A stretch of DNA of 64,000 nt, taken from the NCBI GenBank assembly GCA_964619365.1, contig CAZUDQ010000007.1, positions 1 through 64,000 on the forward strand, in the 5' to 3' direction. Origin of the DNA: an uncultured archaeon (lineage in GTDB: Archaea > Altiarchaeota > Altiarchaeia > JAFGQM01). The position numbers and the translations under genes were made by a program. The notes under the pieces were generated by a model. The model was not told where the DNA came from and searched no databases. It saw only the letters and a list, made by a program, of their open reading frames with translations. Positions 1-9,203 of the stretch are shown piece after piece (position 1 is the stretch's first letter; each line of letters starts with the position of its first letter).

Positions 1-112
1 GGCATTTTAACCCACCTAAAAAGTTAAAGCGGTAAGGCATATAAAGGTTTTGGGCAAAAATATGCGGCACCCACTAATTGCAGGTACTGAGGCGTGTTTT
101 GAAGAAATCAGC

Positions 113-2977
113 TTACCTTATGTCAATTACATTGCCCTGTTGGGGTTGTTGTGGATAATATACTTGCTGGGAGGGTTGTTTGGGTCTTCTTAGACGCTTT
201 ATTATGAGAATAACTATCACTAAGAAAATTAAACCACCTACTGCGCCGATAATCAAAAATGGGTCGATATCGGGAAGTGTATTAATGTTTGTATTTTGAG
301 AGGTTCCTGGTGTTGCAGGGGTTGTTCCAGTGCTTGTTCCAGGGGTTCCTGTAGTTCCAGCACCTCCGGAGGGTGTAATTACACTACAATCACCGCATGA
401 AGTAACTTCACTATCTTCGCAATAATTGTTGTTGTTACAGTAATCAGTTTTCTTTGCTCCAGTTGTGATTACGGATGTTTTCATATAACCGTTTTGCATA
501 GTCTCTTCGCTGTAATAATCGTCATTAGTTACTGTAACTGAATCACTGCTTTCATAGTTGTCAATAGTTATTGTAGCAGTCATCCCGTATTCATCTGGCG
601 CTACTTCAACATATACATAACCTGGCTCATCGCCCATTATTCCATAGGTCTCATAGTTTAAGGATGGGTCCGTGAAGGTATAAGATACCTTGTATAATGC
701 ATCTTCAGGAGCGTCAATCTTGACAAACGAGCCTTCTGCTAAAGGTTTATTCTCCCTTTGCGGGCGAAGATAGTTACTTGCCGTTCCAATTTCATCCTCC
801 CCTACTGTATAGACTTGGTAAGGGCGACTCATGTTTTCTCCGGCGGGCGTTCCGATGTCAATATAGGCCTCATCAGCTTCCCATATTCCGTTTGACTCCT
901 TGTCGCCATCCCTGAGCTTGTCCCAAAATGGTTCGTTTAAATCATACTTCCCGTTGCCTTCATTAGTATCTTTGAATAAACCGTGAGCAACAAAGACCTT
1001 ATCTATCTCGCTAGAATACTCAGGCCATTTCTTTTTCAAATCGTCGTAAACTTGCCCAATCGTAGTGTAAGGCTTGCTCATTAGCATATCCCAGAGATCT
1101 TGGTAATATAATGAAAGCTGTTCTCCGTCAGGATTATCGTCTACCAAGTCCCAAAGCATAGTGGCAAATGCAAATTCCTCATAATCCCCCCAATTCATCC
1201 AAGGATTATAATTCATTTCCATACGCCACAGATTACCATAAATGCCGTTTGTGTCCCCATCAAGTTTCATAGAGATAATATTCGGCCAGAATTCGGCAAA
1301 TCCTTCTTTGAAGCTATCTCCGGTTTTAGTGTTTTTGAATCCTGCGTGATTCTCGTCTACAGCAGGTCGCATAGTTACAAAGGAGGCACCATACTTGTTG
1401 TGCTGCGTGGCGTGGAACAATTCGTGCCAGACACAATTCTCTGGGCACTGGGAATTAGTGCGTTTACTGTATTTGGGAGACATTGCTATATATTCTTTGC
1501 CAGTGCCGCCATAGCTATAAAAAGCACTTTTGGTTCTTGAAGAATAGATAAGAATGTATATTGGTAGTGAATTGCCAGGACCTGAAAAATCATAACCTAG
1601 GTCTTTCTGTATGAATGTAATTGCACGCTCTGCGTCATAGTATATCTTGCTTGCGTCCCAATGGGTGTCATAAGGCTTAAGCGCAGTATCATAGACGAGA
1701 TTGCTTTGTCCTTTTTTGAAGTTAATATCCACAGGTTCTTTCTTTGGCAACTTGAATGGTTTTGTCTCAACTAAATATATTGATTGTGCTTTTTTATCAT
1801 CCCAAAATATTCGGAGTCTGTCATCCTTGTCCCTTAGTTCTACGTTTAGGATTGCCTCTATGTCGCCATAGACCACACCGGGGTCATTGGATGAATAATC
1901 TATTTCATATTCCCCATATTCGTCTGTGAAAGTGTTACCAATTACTGAAAAGCTAGTTGTAGCACCTACTTTTCTGGTCGCTAGTAATACGTAAACATTC
2001 TTTAGAGGCTCGCCATCCCCAGATAATACTGTTCCACTGACTACCCGATAACAGGCATCAGTCTCACTGCAGTCGCCGTCAGCACAGTCAATGAATCCAT
2101 CGTCATCGTCATCCAGTTTGTTGTCGCATATCTCAAGAGTCTCTGAGACCACACATCCAATTTCATCTGAAATCGGATCATCAGTATCACAAGTCTCTCC
2201 GGCAGCACACCCACAATCAGTAGTACAACTAGAGCAAGTTTCTGCTTCATTGCAAGTCCCATCCCCACAGAACCCTGGTTCAAGGACCGGGGCAACCGTC
2301 TCTGGTTCGTAATGGATATAAGCTACCGTAAGACCATCGACAGTATTCCAATCTGGTACTGGAGTACCATCATCATTGAGATCGCCTATCAATCCGTAAT
2401 ATGGGTACTGTGTACTCGCAGGGTAACTTTCCAAGTGAGACCCAGTACAATCAAATTTTACCTTAAAACTTAGATGCATAAAATCGGCAGTTTTTGCAAG
2501 GTCTGGATCTAGTTTGATTTCATTCTCATCACATTTAGTGAGATATATGGGATTCAATCCGTTAGGAATTGAATAGTGTATACAAGCTTGTTTTGTGTTT
2601 GCTGTGCATGAATGAATCTCTTCCTCCCCTTTTATTTCGTGAATATTTTTTATTCCAAAGGTTAGATTCCCCCCAGTATTATAGGAAATGTCATAATCAT
2701 AGGAGGGTAGCGAGCTAGAACTGTCATCAAAGTAAGAACTTACTCCAGCAGGACATAATTGAGGTAACTTGAGGGCATCCCCTGGAGTGACGGCATCTCC
2801 TTTAATATAGAGATTACCTTCAAATTGCAATAGACCTCGCGCAGGTAGCAGAAACTTTTGGGTATATGACCCCTGATCGCCTTCTGGGCAAAAGAGGTCC
2901 AGTTTACCGCCAGTATACATGGCTGAAGATAAAGGAAGAAAAGATAAAATTATAAGCAAGACAAGTAATCGTTTCAT
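113..2977 (-). CDS. Secreted, membrane-anchored surface protein with putative zinc metallopeptidase domain and Cys-rich repeats
   Basis: N-terminal signal peptide MKRLLVLLII; CGDGTCNEAETCSSCTTDC and CDNKLDDDDDGFIDCADGDC motifs; carboxypeptidase-regulatory-like VSGTV..G.PL..V.V segment; WHELFH (HExxH) plus EGFAEF; T/G/P linker, C-terminal TM helix and KRLRR stop-transfer. Confidence 0.75.
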   Translation of the reverse strand: MKRLLVLLIILSFLPLSSAMYTGGKLDLFCPEGDQGSYTQKFLLPARGLLQFEGNLYIKGDAVTPGDALKLPQLCPAGVSSYFDDSSSSLPSYDYDISYNTGGNLTFGIKNIHEIKGEEEIHSCTANTKQACIHYSIPNGLNPIYLTKCDENEIKLDPDLAKTADFMHLSFKVKFDCTGSHLESYPASTQYPYYGLIGDLNDDGTPVPDWNTVDGLTVAYIHYEPETVAPVLEPGFCGDGTCNEAETCSSCTTDCGCAAGETCDTDDPISDEIGCVVSETLEICDNKLDDDDDGFIDCADGDCSETDACYRVVSGTVLSGDGEPLKNVYVLLATRKVGATTSFSVIGNTFTDEYGEYEIDYSSNDPGVVYGDIEAILNVELRDKDDRLRIFWDDKKAQSIYLVETKPFKLPKKEPVDINFKKGQSNLVYDTALKPYDTHWDASKIYYDAERAITFIQKDLGYDFSGPGNSLPIYILIYSSRTKSAFYSYGGTGKEYIAMSPKYSKRTNSQCPENCVWHELFHATQHNKYGASFVTMRPAVDENHAGFKNTKTGDSFKEGFAEFWPNIISMKLDGDTNGIYGNLWRMEMNYNPWMNWGDYEEFAFATMLWDLVDDNPDGEQLSLYYQDLWDMLMSKPYTTIGQVYDDLKKKWPEYSSEIDKVFVAHGLFKDTNEGNGKYDLNEPFWDKLRDGDKESNGIWEADEAYIDIGTPAGENMSRPYQVYTVGEDEIGTASNYLRPQRENKPLAEGSFVKIDAPEDALYKVSYTFTDPSLNYETYGIMGDEPGYVYVEVAPDEYGMTATITIDNYESSDSVTVTNDDYYSEETMQNGYMKTSVITTGAKKTDYCNNNNYCEDSEVTSCGDCSVITPSGGAGTTGTPGTSTGTTPATPGTSQNTNINTLPDIDPFLIIGAVGGLIFLVIVILIIKRLRRPKQPSQQVYYPQQPQQGNVIDIR

Positions 2978-3075
2978 CTTGCTTAAGTTAGGTTAAGAGG
3001 CTTAAAAATTCAGTCTCCAGTTCCTCTTGAGAATAAAAATAATTGAGACTAAGCTAAGAGATTAAGGATTATGAG

Positions 3076-3168
3076 CGGACCTGCGCGGGATGTTAAGAAG
3101 TTAATCCTTTAGCTATGCTTCTTGACATAAGCTGGGTATGGCCGATGCTAAGTCAATTAGAATGAGGA
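3076..3168. repeat. tRNA-Arg-linked structured unit 1 (tRNA 3'-end copy + hairpin)
   Basis: cggacctgcgcgggat at 3076 resembles the tRNA-Arg end cggacccggcgggat at 3263; inverted repeat atgttaagaag (3090-3100) / cttcttgacat (3118-3128). Confidence 0.85.
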
Positions 3169-3337
<169 letters not shown>

Positions 3338-3357
3338 GTATAGTTTGATTAAACGCG

Positions 3358-3369
3358 TATAAAAGGCTT
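3358..3369 (-). promoter_or_regulatory. BRE/TATA promoter of tRNA-Arg
   Basis: Minus strand AAGCCTTTTATA about 20 nt upstream of the tRNA 5' end. Confidence 0.6.
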
Positions 3370-3413
3370 AAGATAAGGCTAGCGCTGGGACTTAGGTACT
3401 TGGCACTTAGAAT

Positions 3414-3596
3414 CTACTCATCAGAAAGCTTTCCGCCTGCGGCATAATCCTCTTTTTCCATCTCGCGAAAGATTATGCGGACAGCATCGGGAGAACAAAC
3501 TGCAATCTCAGAGATGTCCTTTGTTATGGCAGTTGCCATCTTTGCTTTCTGCTCACGCGTGCGACCCTTAAACATCTCGATTTGGACTATTGGCAT
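3414..3596 (-). CDS. 4-oxalocrotonate tautomerase family protein
   Basis: Starts MPIVQIEMFKGRTREQK with catalytic Pro1; about 60 aa; start moved to the ATG at 3596. Confidence 0.9.
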   Translation of the reverse strand: MPIVQIEMFKGRTREQKAKMATAITKDISEIAVCSPDAVRIIFREMEKEDYAAGGKLSDE

Positions 3597-3614
3597 TTTT
3601 AGAAAAGTTAGAAA

Positions 3615-3707
3615 GTGGGCCTGGCCAGATGGCAAAGTGGACAATTACGCTAGTGCGTATGACCTTGCCAGTCGCCGGGACCACGAGATTAAGTTTAGAT
3701 AAAATAG
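3615..3707. repeat. tRNA-Val-linked structured unit (tRNA 3'-end copy + long hairpin)
   Basis: Exact 16-bp direct repeat gtgggcctggccagat at 3615 and 3708 (period 93); nested stems 3615-3625/3674-3684, 3630-3638/3662-3670 and tacgc/gcgta. Confidence 0.88.
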
Positions 3708-3708
3708 G

Positions 3709-3783
3709 TGGGCCTGGCCAGATTTGAACTGGCGACCTCCACCATGTCAAGGTGGCGTCATAACCGAGCTAGACCACAGGCCC
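3709..3783 (-). tRNA. tRNA-Val(GAC)
   Basis: Cloverleaf: acceptor GGGCCTG/CAGGCCC, anticodon arm CCACC-TTGACAT-GGTGG, T arm GCCAG-TTCAAAT-CTGGC. Confidence 0.97.
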
Positions 3784-3786
3784 AAC

Positions 3787-3835
3787 AAAAGTAAGAAAAT
3801 CTTACTTTTCTAAGGAAGTAAGAAAATCTTATTTT
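3787..3835. repeat. Pair of GTAAGAAAATCTTAY palindromes
   Basis: aaaagtaaga-aaa-tcttactttt around 3791-3805 and a second copy at 3818-3832; same motif occurs twice at 48920 and 48961. Confidence 0.8.
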
Positions 3836-3895
3836 ACTCTTCCCTCGGATATCCGAGGCTTCTTATTTTGAGAATATGCATATAAAAAAGCCTCC

Positions 3896-4807
3896 TTAGA
3901 CAGGAAGCATGCTCCTTGCTATCATTATCGAGACTTCAAAGACTATTGTTCCGATAAGAATCATTGTCAGGGAATAGAATATAAGACCGCGCCATACGCG
4001 CACTCCCCGTACAAAAGAAAGCATGAGTCCGGATATTACCGATTCGATGACTAGATACACCCAGAAGATGTTTATATCCATTCCCGGCATTGAAAACGGG
4101 TGCTCTGCCAGAGCAGCGCCTGTTGACTTTACAACAACGCTTCCTATCTCTGTTACAAAGCCAAAGATGAGGGGGGCGACAATTGCGCCTGCCATGAAGA
4201 TAAACACAACATAAAGAACGGTTTTACTGCGCCTTTCCCTTTGGATTCTTGCCATCTGGCGCTCGTCTGATGCTACTGCGTCAAGAATGTCAGCCAGTTC
4301 GCCTCCAGCTTTCCTGCCGTCAATAATTATCTTAAATATTCGTTTTAGTGGAATGACACTTATCCTGCCTGCAAGATTATCAAGAGCCTCCTCAAATGAA
4401 AACCCGCCTTCCATGTCGTTTAAGGCTATTTTAAGCTCATCAATTAAATCGCCTTTTTGAATCTTTGTAAGGTCGATTAGCGCCTGCTCGATTGTTGCCC
4501 CTGCCCTAAGGGATGTTGCAAGTTCTTCAAAGACATCAGGAATTGCTTCTTCAATTCCAGTATCACGACGCTCCTTCATGATATAAGGGAAACCTATCAT
4601 TAAAATCGGGACTATTATTACTGCCATTAGAGCTACGTTGGGGCTCACTGGAAAGAGTATGAATAAAGCAAATCCTATTCCAATTCCCAAAAGTGCACCG
4701 AGTAGTATCCATACTGCTGCTGGGACATGAATCTTGCTTTTCTCAAGATAGTCTGAGTATCCCATCTTTTGACTTTCAGTCTTTTTCTTCTTCTCTTTTT
4801 TGGCCAT
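3896..4807 (-). CDS. Type II secretion system F / TadC-like pilus assembly membrane protein
   Basis: IEEAIPDVFEELATSLRAGATIEQAL...GGELADIL T2SSF pattern; multiple TM helices; downstream of the secretion ATPase. Confidence 0.9.
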   Translation of the reverse strand: MAKKEKKKKTESQKMGYSDYLEKSKIHVPAAVWILLGALLGIGIGFALFILFPVSPNVALMAVIIVPILMIGFPYIMKERRDTGIEEAIPDVFEELATSLRAGATIEQALIDLTKIQKGDLIDELKIALNDMEGGFSFEEALDNLAGRISVIPLKRIFKIIIDGRKAGGELADILDAVASDERQMARIQRERRSKTVLYVVFIFMAGAIVAPLIFGFVTEIGSVVVKSTGAALAEHPFSMPGMDINIFWVYLVIESVISGLMLSFVRGVRVWRGLIFYSLTMILIGTIVFEVSIMIARSMLPV

Positions 4808-6199
4808 TTACACTCTTGGTTCCATCATTTTAACAATCCAGGCAATCATAAGCATCATTACAGGGAAGATGACAAGAATCATCATCATAAGCATGGGCTT
4901 TTCTATTGACATTGTCCCACCCATCGCACCAACTGACTGGGCAACGCCGACAATTGAGAAAACACCTATGACAACAGGTCCGACGATTCCTCCGATAAGG
5001 TAGATTATCGCAAATGCGTTTAGCTTCTCGACAAAGTCTGTTACTTTCATCCTCATCTCGAATGTGAGGTCGTCAGCTATCTGGTTGATTATTGATGAGA
5101 CGTCACCACCCATCTGAAGGGCGCGCCTTACGTGGATTGTGACTCTTGTAAAGGAGTGTGAATTAATTCTGTCTGAAGCGTCTTCTAAAGCCTCTGATAA
5201 GTTCTCGCCGCTGTTAACATCCCATACCACAGTATCAAACTCCCGTGACAAGGCGCCATAATCTGCTTTTGCAACTGAGTTTATGGTGTCAAAGATACTT
5301 ATTCCTGCGTTAAGAAGGGCTGACATGTGCCGCAAAGCAAAGGGAAGCTGTTTATCCACTTCGCGCGCTTCGCCGCCTCCGCTAAGACTTGGCGCAACAA
5401 ATATCAAAACTGAGATTAAAAGAAGGGAGACTATCCAGGCAATTATCGAAAGAACTATATCCTGGCCCATTATCATATAGGTGGCAAATAGTACCACAAG
5501 AGAAATGAGGAGTCCGATTCCCACTGCAAACGCGGCATATTCCCTTGGAAGAAGAGGTATTCCCGCCTTTTCAAGCGACTTTTTCAGGGATGCTTTTTTT
5601 GAACCGGAAAGAGCTTTTCCAAGAAGATTAAAGGGTGGGATGTTTCCAATTTTATAGAGTGAATATATACCAGTTATCTTTTCACCTGAAAGTTCGCGTT
5701 CATCAACAGCCCCCATTTGTCCGCGCACTTCGTTTCTTATTGTGTCTATCCTTTCGTGTTTCTTAAAGCCTTTAAACTTCCTTTTTTGTGTTGGGACATC
5801 CTTTTCCTCTTTTATCTGATCAAAAACATCATCAATCGAAGAGACATTTTTTCGTGAGGGCGCGGCAATCAAATCAATTTTTGACTCAGAGCGGTCTTTT
5901 ATCTTGTCCTTCCATTCGGCTTCTATTTCCTCAGCTGAGGGGAGACTCTCTTTTTGCCCGGAATCCTTTGTTTGGGCACCTGTAATAAGCTCTTTTAGCT
6001 CCTTTGTCTTTTGTTTTTTATCAGAACTTTCCTTCTTTGTTAGTTTGGGAGCCTGTGCTATTTGTTTAGGTTCTGCTTTGGCTAAAACTGGTTCGTTGGG
6101 GCTTGTTTTTTTGCTTGTGTCTTTAGAAATTAACTCTGATAAGCCGTCCTTTTCAGAAAGAAGGCTCTTAATATCCTTTTTGTCTTTTTTATCTGGCAT
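4808..6199 (-). CDS. Type II secretion system F / TadB-TadC-like membrane protein with long charged N-terminal extension
   Basis: VDKQLPFALRHMSALLNAG...YGALSREF...GGDVS pattern; first ~170 aa K/E-rich low complexity. Confidence 0.9.
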   Translation of the reverse strand: MPDKKDKKDIKSLLSEKDGLSELISKDTSKKTSPNEPVLAKAEPKQIAQAPKLTKKESSDKKQKTKELKELITGAQTKDSGQKESLPSAEEIEAEWKDKIKDRSESKIDLIAAPSRKNVSSIDDVFDQIKEEKDVPTQKRKFKGFKKHERIDTIRNEVRGQMGAVDERELSGEKITGIYSLYKIGNIPPFNLLGKALSGSKKASLKKSLEKAGIPLLPREYAAFAVGIGLLISLVVLFATYMIMGQDIVLSIIAWIVSLLLISVLIFVAPSLSGGGEAREVDKQLPFALRHMSALLNAGISIFDTINSVAKADYGALSREFDTVVWDVNSGENLSEALEDASDRINSHSFTRVTIHVRRALQMGGDVSSIINQIADDLTFEMRMKVTDFVEKLNAFAIIYLIGGIVGPVVIGVFSIVGVAQSVGAMGGTMSIEKPMLMMMILVIFPVMMLMIAWIVKMMEPRV

Positions 6200-6219
6200 T
6201 TCAAGAGTATTTTCTATCT

Positions 6220-7812
6220 TCAGGTGCGCTCATAATATTTATGTATGAGGGTTGAAAAAGGAGTTATAGTAACCATCTTTTTCTTCTGTGCCTCGGTTAG
6301 GAGTCGAGCGCGGGTCTTTATTTCTGTTTCCAGTTTTGCTTCGGATATGCCAGAGTATCTACTTATAAGTTTTAGGCAACGCGAATTAGCTTCCACTCTT
6401 ACGAGCTTGTCCTTTGTTGAATCCCACTCGTATATAATCCTTGCTTCAGGTATTTTTTTGCCTGATATCTCTGCAATCTCTGTAACGCGCCTGACCATAC
6501 CCACCCCAGGTATGTTCATCCTGTTTAATATGACAATTAGATTAAGGGCCGTTGCCATTTGTTCTGGAACATTCATCGGAGGACTCATAAGACGCACAAG
6601 AGTTTCATCAGCACTGTTTGCGTGAATCGTTCCCATTGACCCCTGGTGACCGGTGTTCATTGCAGTAAATAGTGTGAAGGCCTCGTCGTGACGAACTTCA
6701 CCTACAATTATCCTGTCCGGACGCATTCTAAGGGAGTTTTTGAGAAGAGCGTCCATCTTTATTTCGCCAGTCCCTTCGATTGATGGGGGCCTTGTCTCAA
6801 GACGCACCCAGTGCCTTAATGGAAGCTGAAGTTCTGCAGTATCTTCGATTGTAAGGACACGTTCTGTCGGGCGAATGAACATTGCCATTGAGTTAAGGAA
6901 TGTTGTTTTACCTGAACCTGTTCCTCCTGAAATAAGGATGTTGCAAGGATATGCCCTCATCCCTTCTACTGTTAACCAAAGGTAGGCTGCAGCTTCAGGA
7001 GATATAGTTCCAAAATCAAGCATGGAAATCATGGTATACGGGTCTTCACGGAATTTTCTTATGGTAAGACTTGGTCCGTCAACTGATGCAGGAGGGATTG
7101 TCGCATTGACACGGTCTCCTGAAGGCAAACGCGCATCAAGAAGTGGCGTATTGACATCGATTCTTCTTGCAACATCACGAGCTATCCTTTCGATAACATT
7201 ATCCACATACACGTCATCAGAAACCGTGATGTTTGTTATTAGCATACCATATTTCCTGTGGAAAACATAGGTTATCCTGTGGGGTGGGACAACCATTATC
7301 TCTTCAAGCTGGTCGTCGTCAAGAAGGTAGTCAAAAAGTCCGTAACCGCCCATCTCTCGTGAGATTATATCTGCATAGGCCTCCTTCTTGTTATCACTCA
7401 CCTTTATTGATGAGCTTTTTGATATCATCTCATAAATCTTCTCGTTAAGCAGTTGTTTACGCTCGGCAGGGTTTGCTGAGAGCTGTCTGACATCAATAAT
7501 TTTTGTTGCAATCTTTTGAACCGCAGAAATAACGTTTTTGTCTGCTAGAGTCAGGTGCGGTATGTTGACACGATAAACTGGAAGGTCAGCTCCGGTATCA
7601 ACAATCGTCACATTATTATAAGAATCAATTACCTTTTCGTTGGCTCCTTCTTTAGTGGAAAGAAGTCCCATAAGCCCGGCTGCGGCATCAGGAACAGGTA
7701 GTGTTCCTTCTTTTTTTACTTCCTGCAAGCTAGCCTCTTCTTTTTTGGGCTTTTCCTCTTCTGCGGCCCCCCTAGAGTCCCCAAGAATTTTTTTAAGGTC
7801 TAAATCAGACAT
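6220..7812 (-). CDS. CpaF/VirB11-family type IV pilus assembly ATPase
   Basis: Walker A GGTGSGKTT, TIEDTAEL, LRMRPDRIIVGEVR, MNTGHQGSMGTIHAN. Confidence 0.95.
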   Translation of the reverse strand: MSDLDLKKILGDSRGAAEEEKPKKEEASLQEVKKEGTLPVPDAAAGLMGLLSTKEGANEKVIDSYNNVTIVDTGADLPVYRVNIPHLTLADKNVISAVQKIATKIIDVRQLSANPAERKQLLNEKIYEMISKSSSIKVSDNKKEAYADIISREMGGYGLFDYLLDDDQLEEIMVVPPHRITYVFHRKYGMLITNITVSDDVYVDNVIERIARDVARRIDVNTPLLDARLPSGDRVNATIPPASVDGPSLTIRKFREDPYTMISMLDFGTISPEAAAYLWLTVEGMRAYPCNILISGGTGSGKTTFLNSMAMFIRPTERVLTIEDTAELQLPLRHWVRLETRPPSIEGTGEIKMDALLKNSLRMRPDRIIVGEVRHDEAFTLFTAMNTGHQGSMGTIHANSADETLVRLMSPPMNVPEQMATALNLIVILNRMNIPGVGMVRRVTEIAEISGKKIPEARIIYEWDSTKDKLVRVEANSRCLKLISRYSGISEAKLETEIKTRARLLTEAQKKKMVTITPFSTLIHKYYERT

Positions 7813-7871
7813 TTTGGCTTTACGCTAGAACTTATGGAATAGAAAAGAAAAGGAGAAAAGAAAATCGCACT

Positions 7872-8780
7872 TTAAAGCTCTGCTAAAATAGACTCGACAA
7901 GTTCAGCTCCAACGCGCTCTTGGGCGTCAATTGTCTGGGCACCTATGTGCGGAGTAAAGATTATATTGTCAAGTGTCAGTAAAGGCGAATCTCCCGGCGG
8001 TTCTGTGACAAAGACATCAAGGCACGCGCCCCCTATCTTTTTGTCCTTAAGTGCAGAATACAAGGCATCCTCGTCGATTATCCCGCCACGTGAGATGTTG
8101 ATTATTATTGCTGAATCCTTCATTATGGCAAGTTCGTCTTTTCCTATAAGCCCGCGTGTCGCGTCAAGAAGCGGGACGTGGATTGAAACTATATCAGAAC
8201 GCTTAAGGAGCTCGGGAAGTTCACATAACTCTACGCCAAGTGCTACTGCGTCCTCCTTTTTGACAAAGGGATCATAAGCTAAGACTTCACAATTAAAGCC
8301 GCCTAAAAGACCGTTTACAAGGCGTCCTATATGTCCAAACCCGACAATTCCCCAGGTCTTGCCGGATATTTCCCTTCCGCGCAGTGCTTTTTTCTCCCAA
8401 GAGCCGGCTTTTGTTGTGGCATCTGCTTTTGGTATTCCCCTAAATGATGAAAGTGCAAGGCCAAGAGTCAACTCGGCTACAGAAAGAAGATTTGCTGTTG
8501 GCGTGTTTATAACTTTTATTCCAAGCCCCTTTGCAGCGTCGCGGTCAACGTTGTCAAGTCCTACCCCTGCGCGACCTATGATTTTTAAGCTTCCCTTGGA
8601 GGCTTCCATTAGTTCACGCGTGACCTTTGTTCGGCTCCTTATAACTAAGACATCAAAGCCTGTGATTTTTCCTAAAAGGTCGCTTGGCTCCCAATCAAGG
8701 AATTCTTCCACCTCGTTTTCTGCCAAAAGCGCACTGATTGCATCAGCACTTATCTTATCAGTTATGAGTATCTTTGCCAT
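7872..8780 (-). CDS. serA: D-3-phosphoglycerate dehydrogenase-like 2-hydroxyacid dehydrogenase (no ACT domain)
   Basis: RAGVGLDNVD, GFGHIG, INISRGGIIDE, DVFVTEPP, TPHIGAQT. Confidence 0.8.
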   Translation of the reverse strand: MAKILITDKISADAISALLAENEVEEFLDWEPSDLLGKITGFDVLVIRSRTKVTRELMEASKGSLKIIGRAGVGLDNVDRDAAKGLGIKVINTPTANLLSVAELTLGLALSSFRGIPKADATTKAGSWEKKALRGREISGKTWGIVGFGHIGRLVNGLLGGFNCEVLAYDPFVKKEDAVALGVELCELPELLKRSDIVSIHVPLLDATRGLIGKDELAIMKDSAIIINISRGGIIDEDALYSALKDKKIGGACLDVFVTEPPGDSPLLTLDNIIFTPHIGAQTIDAQERVGAELVESILAEL

Positions 8781-8821
8781 TTTACACACAAGTCAAAAAT
8801 AATTTAAAAGAAAATAAAGAC

Positions 8822-9190
8822 TTATTTCTTTGCGCGGGGTGCCTTCTTTTTCACAGGCGCACGTGCAGGCATTTTTGGGGGCATGTCAGGATAATCCCTT
8901 ATGTCCTCCTCAATTGGGAAGATTGTCCTGTCGGAGCGATATAATGCAAGTCCTATTACAAGGAAGCCTAACCACAAGAAAAGCGAGCCTATGGGTGCCA
9001 TGATAAGGCCGAATATATCACCTATTTCAATATACGGATAAAATGCTGTTGCCTGTGTTAAGATAACATTTAAGTCATAAGCACTTGCGAGTACAAAAAA
9101 TGCGCTTGCAAACGTAAAAAGCGCCCCGAACATCTTTAGGAGATGAACGTATCTGTTTCCAACCTTAAGCAAAAGCATTCTGTGAACCAT
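8822..9190 (-). CDS. Small membrane protein with basic C-terminal tail
   Basis: Two hydrophobic helices; tail KMPARAPVKKKAPRAKK; co-oriented with the giant surface protein. Confidence 0.7.
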   Translation of the reverse strand: MVHRMLLLKVGNRYVHLLKMFGALFTFASAFFVLASAYDLNVILTQATAFYPYIEIGDIFGLIMAPIGSLFLWLGFLVIGLALYRSDRTIFPIEEDIRDYPDMPPKMPARAPVKKKAPRAKK

Positions 9191-9203
9191 TCTTATCGTA
9201 ATT

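Noticed and set aside
1-5. ggcat: possible ATG (Met-Pro) start of a minus-strand gene leaving the window
   Set aside because: Only 5 nt are visible, so it cannot be supported.
3568-3750. 60-aa ORF and the N-terminal extension of the tautomerase ORF
   Set aside because: They overlap tRNA-Val and its repeat unit; the tautomerase needs Pro1, which fixes its start at 3596.
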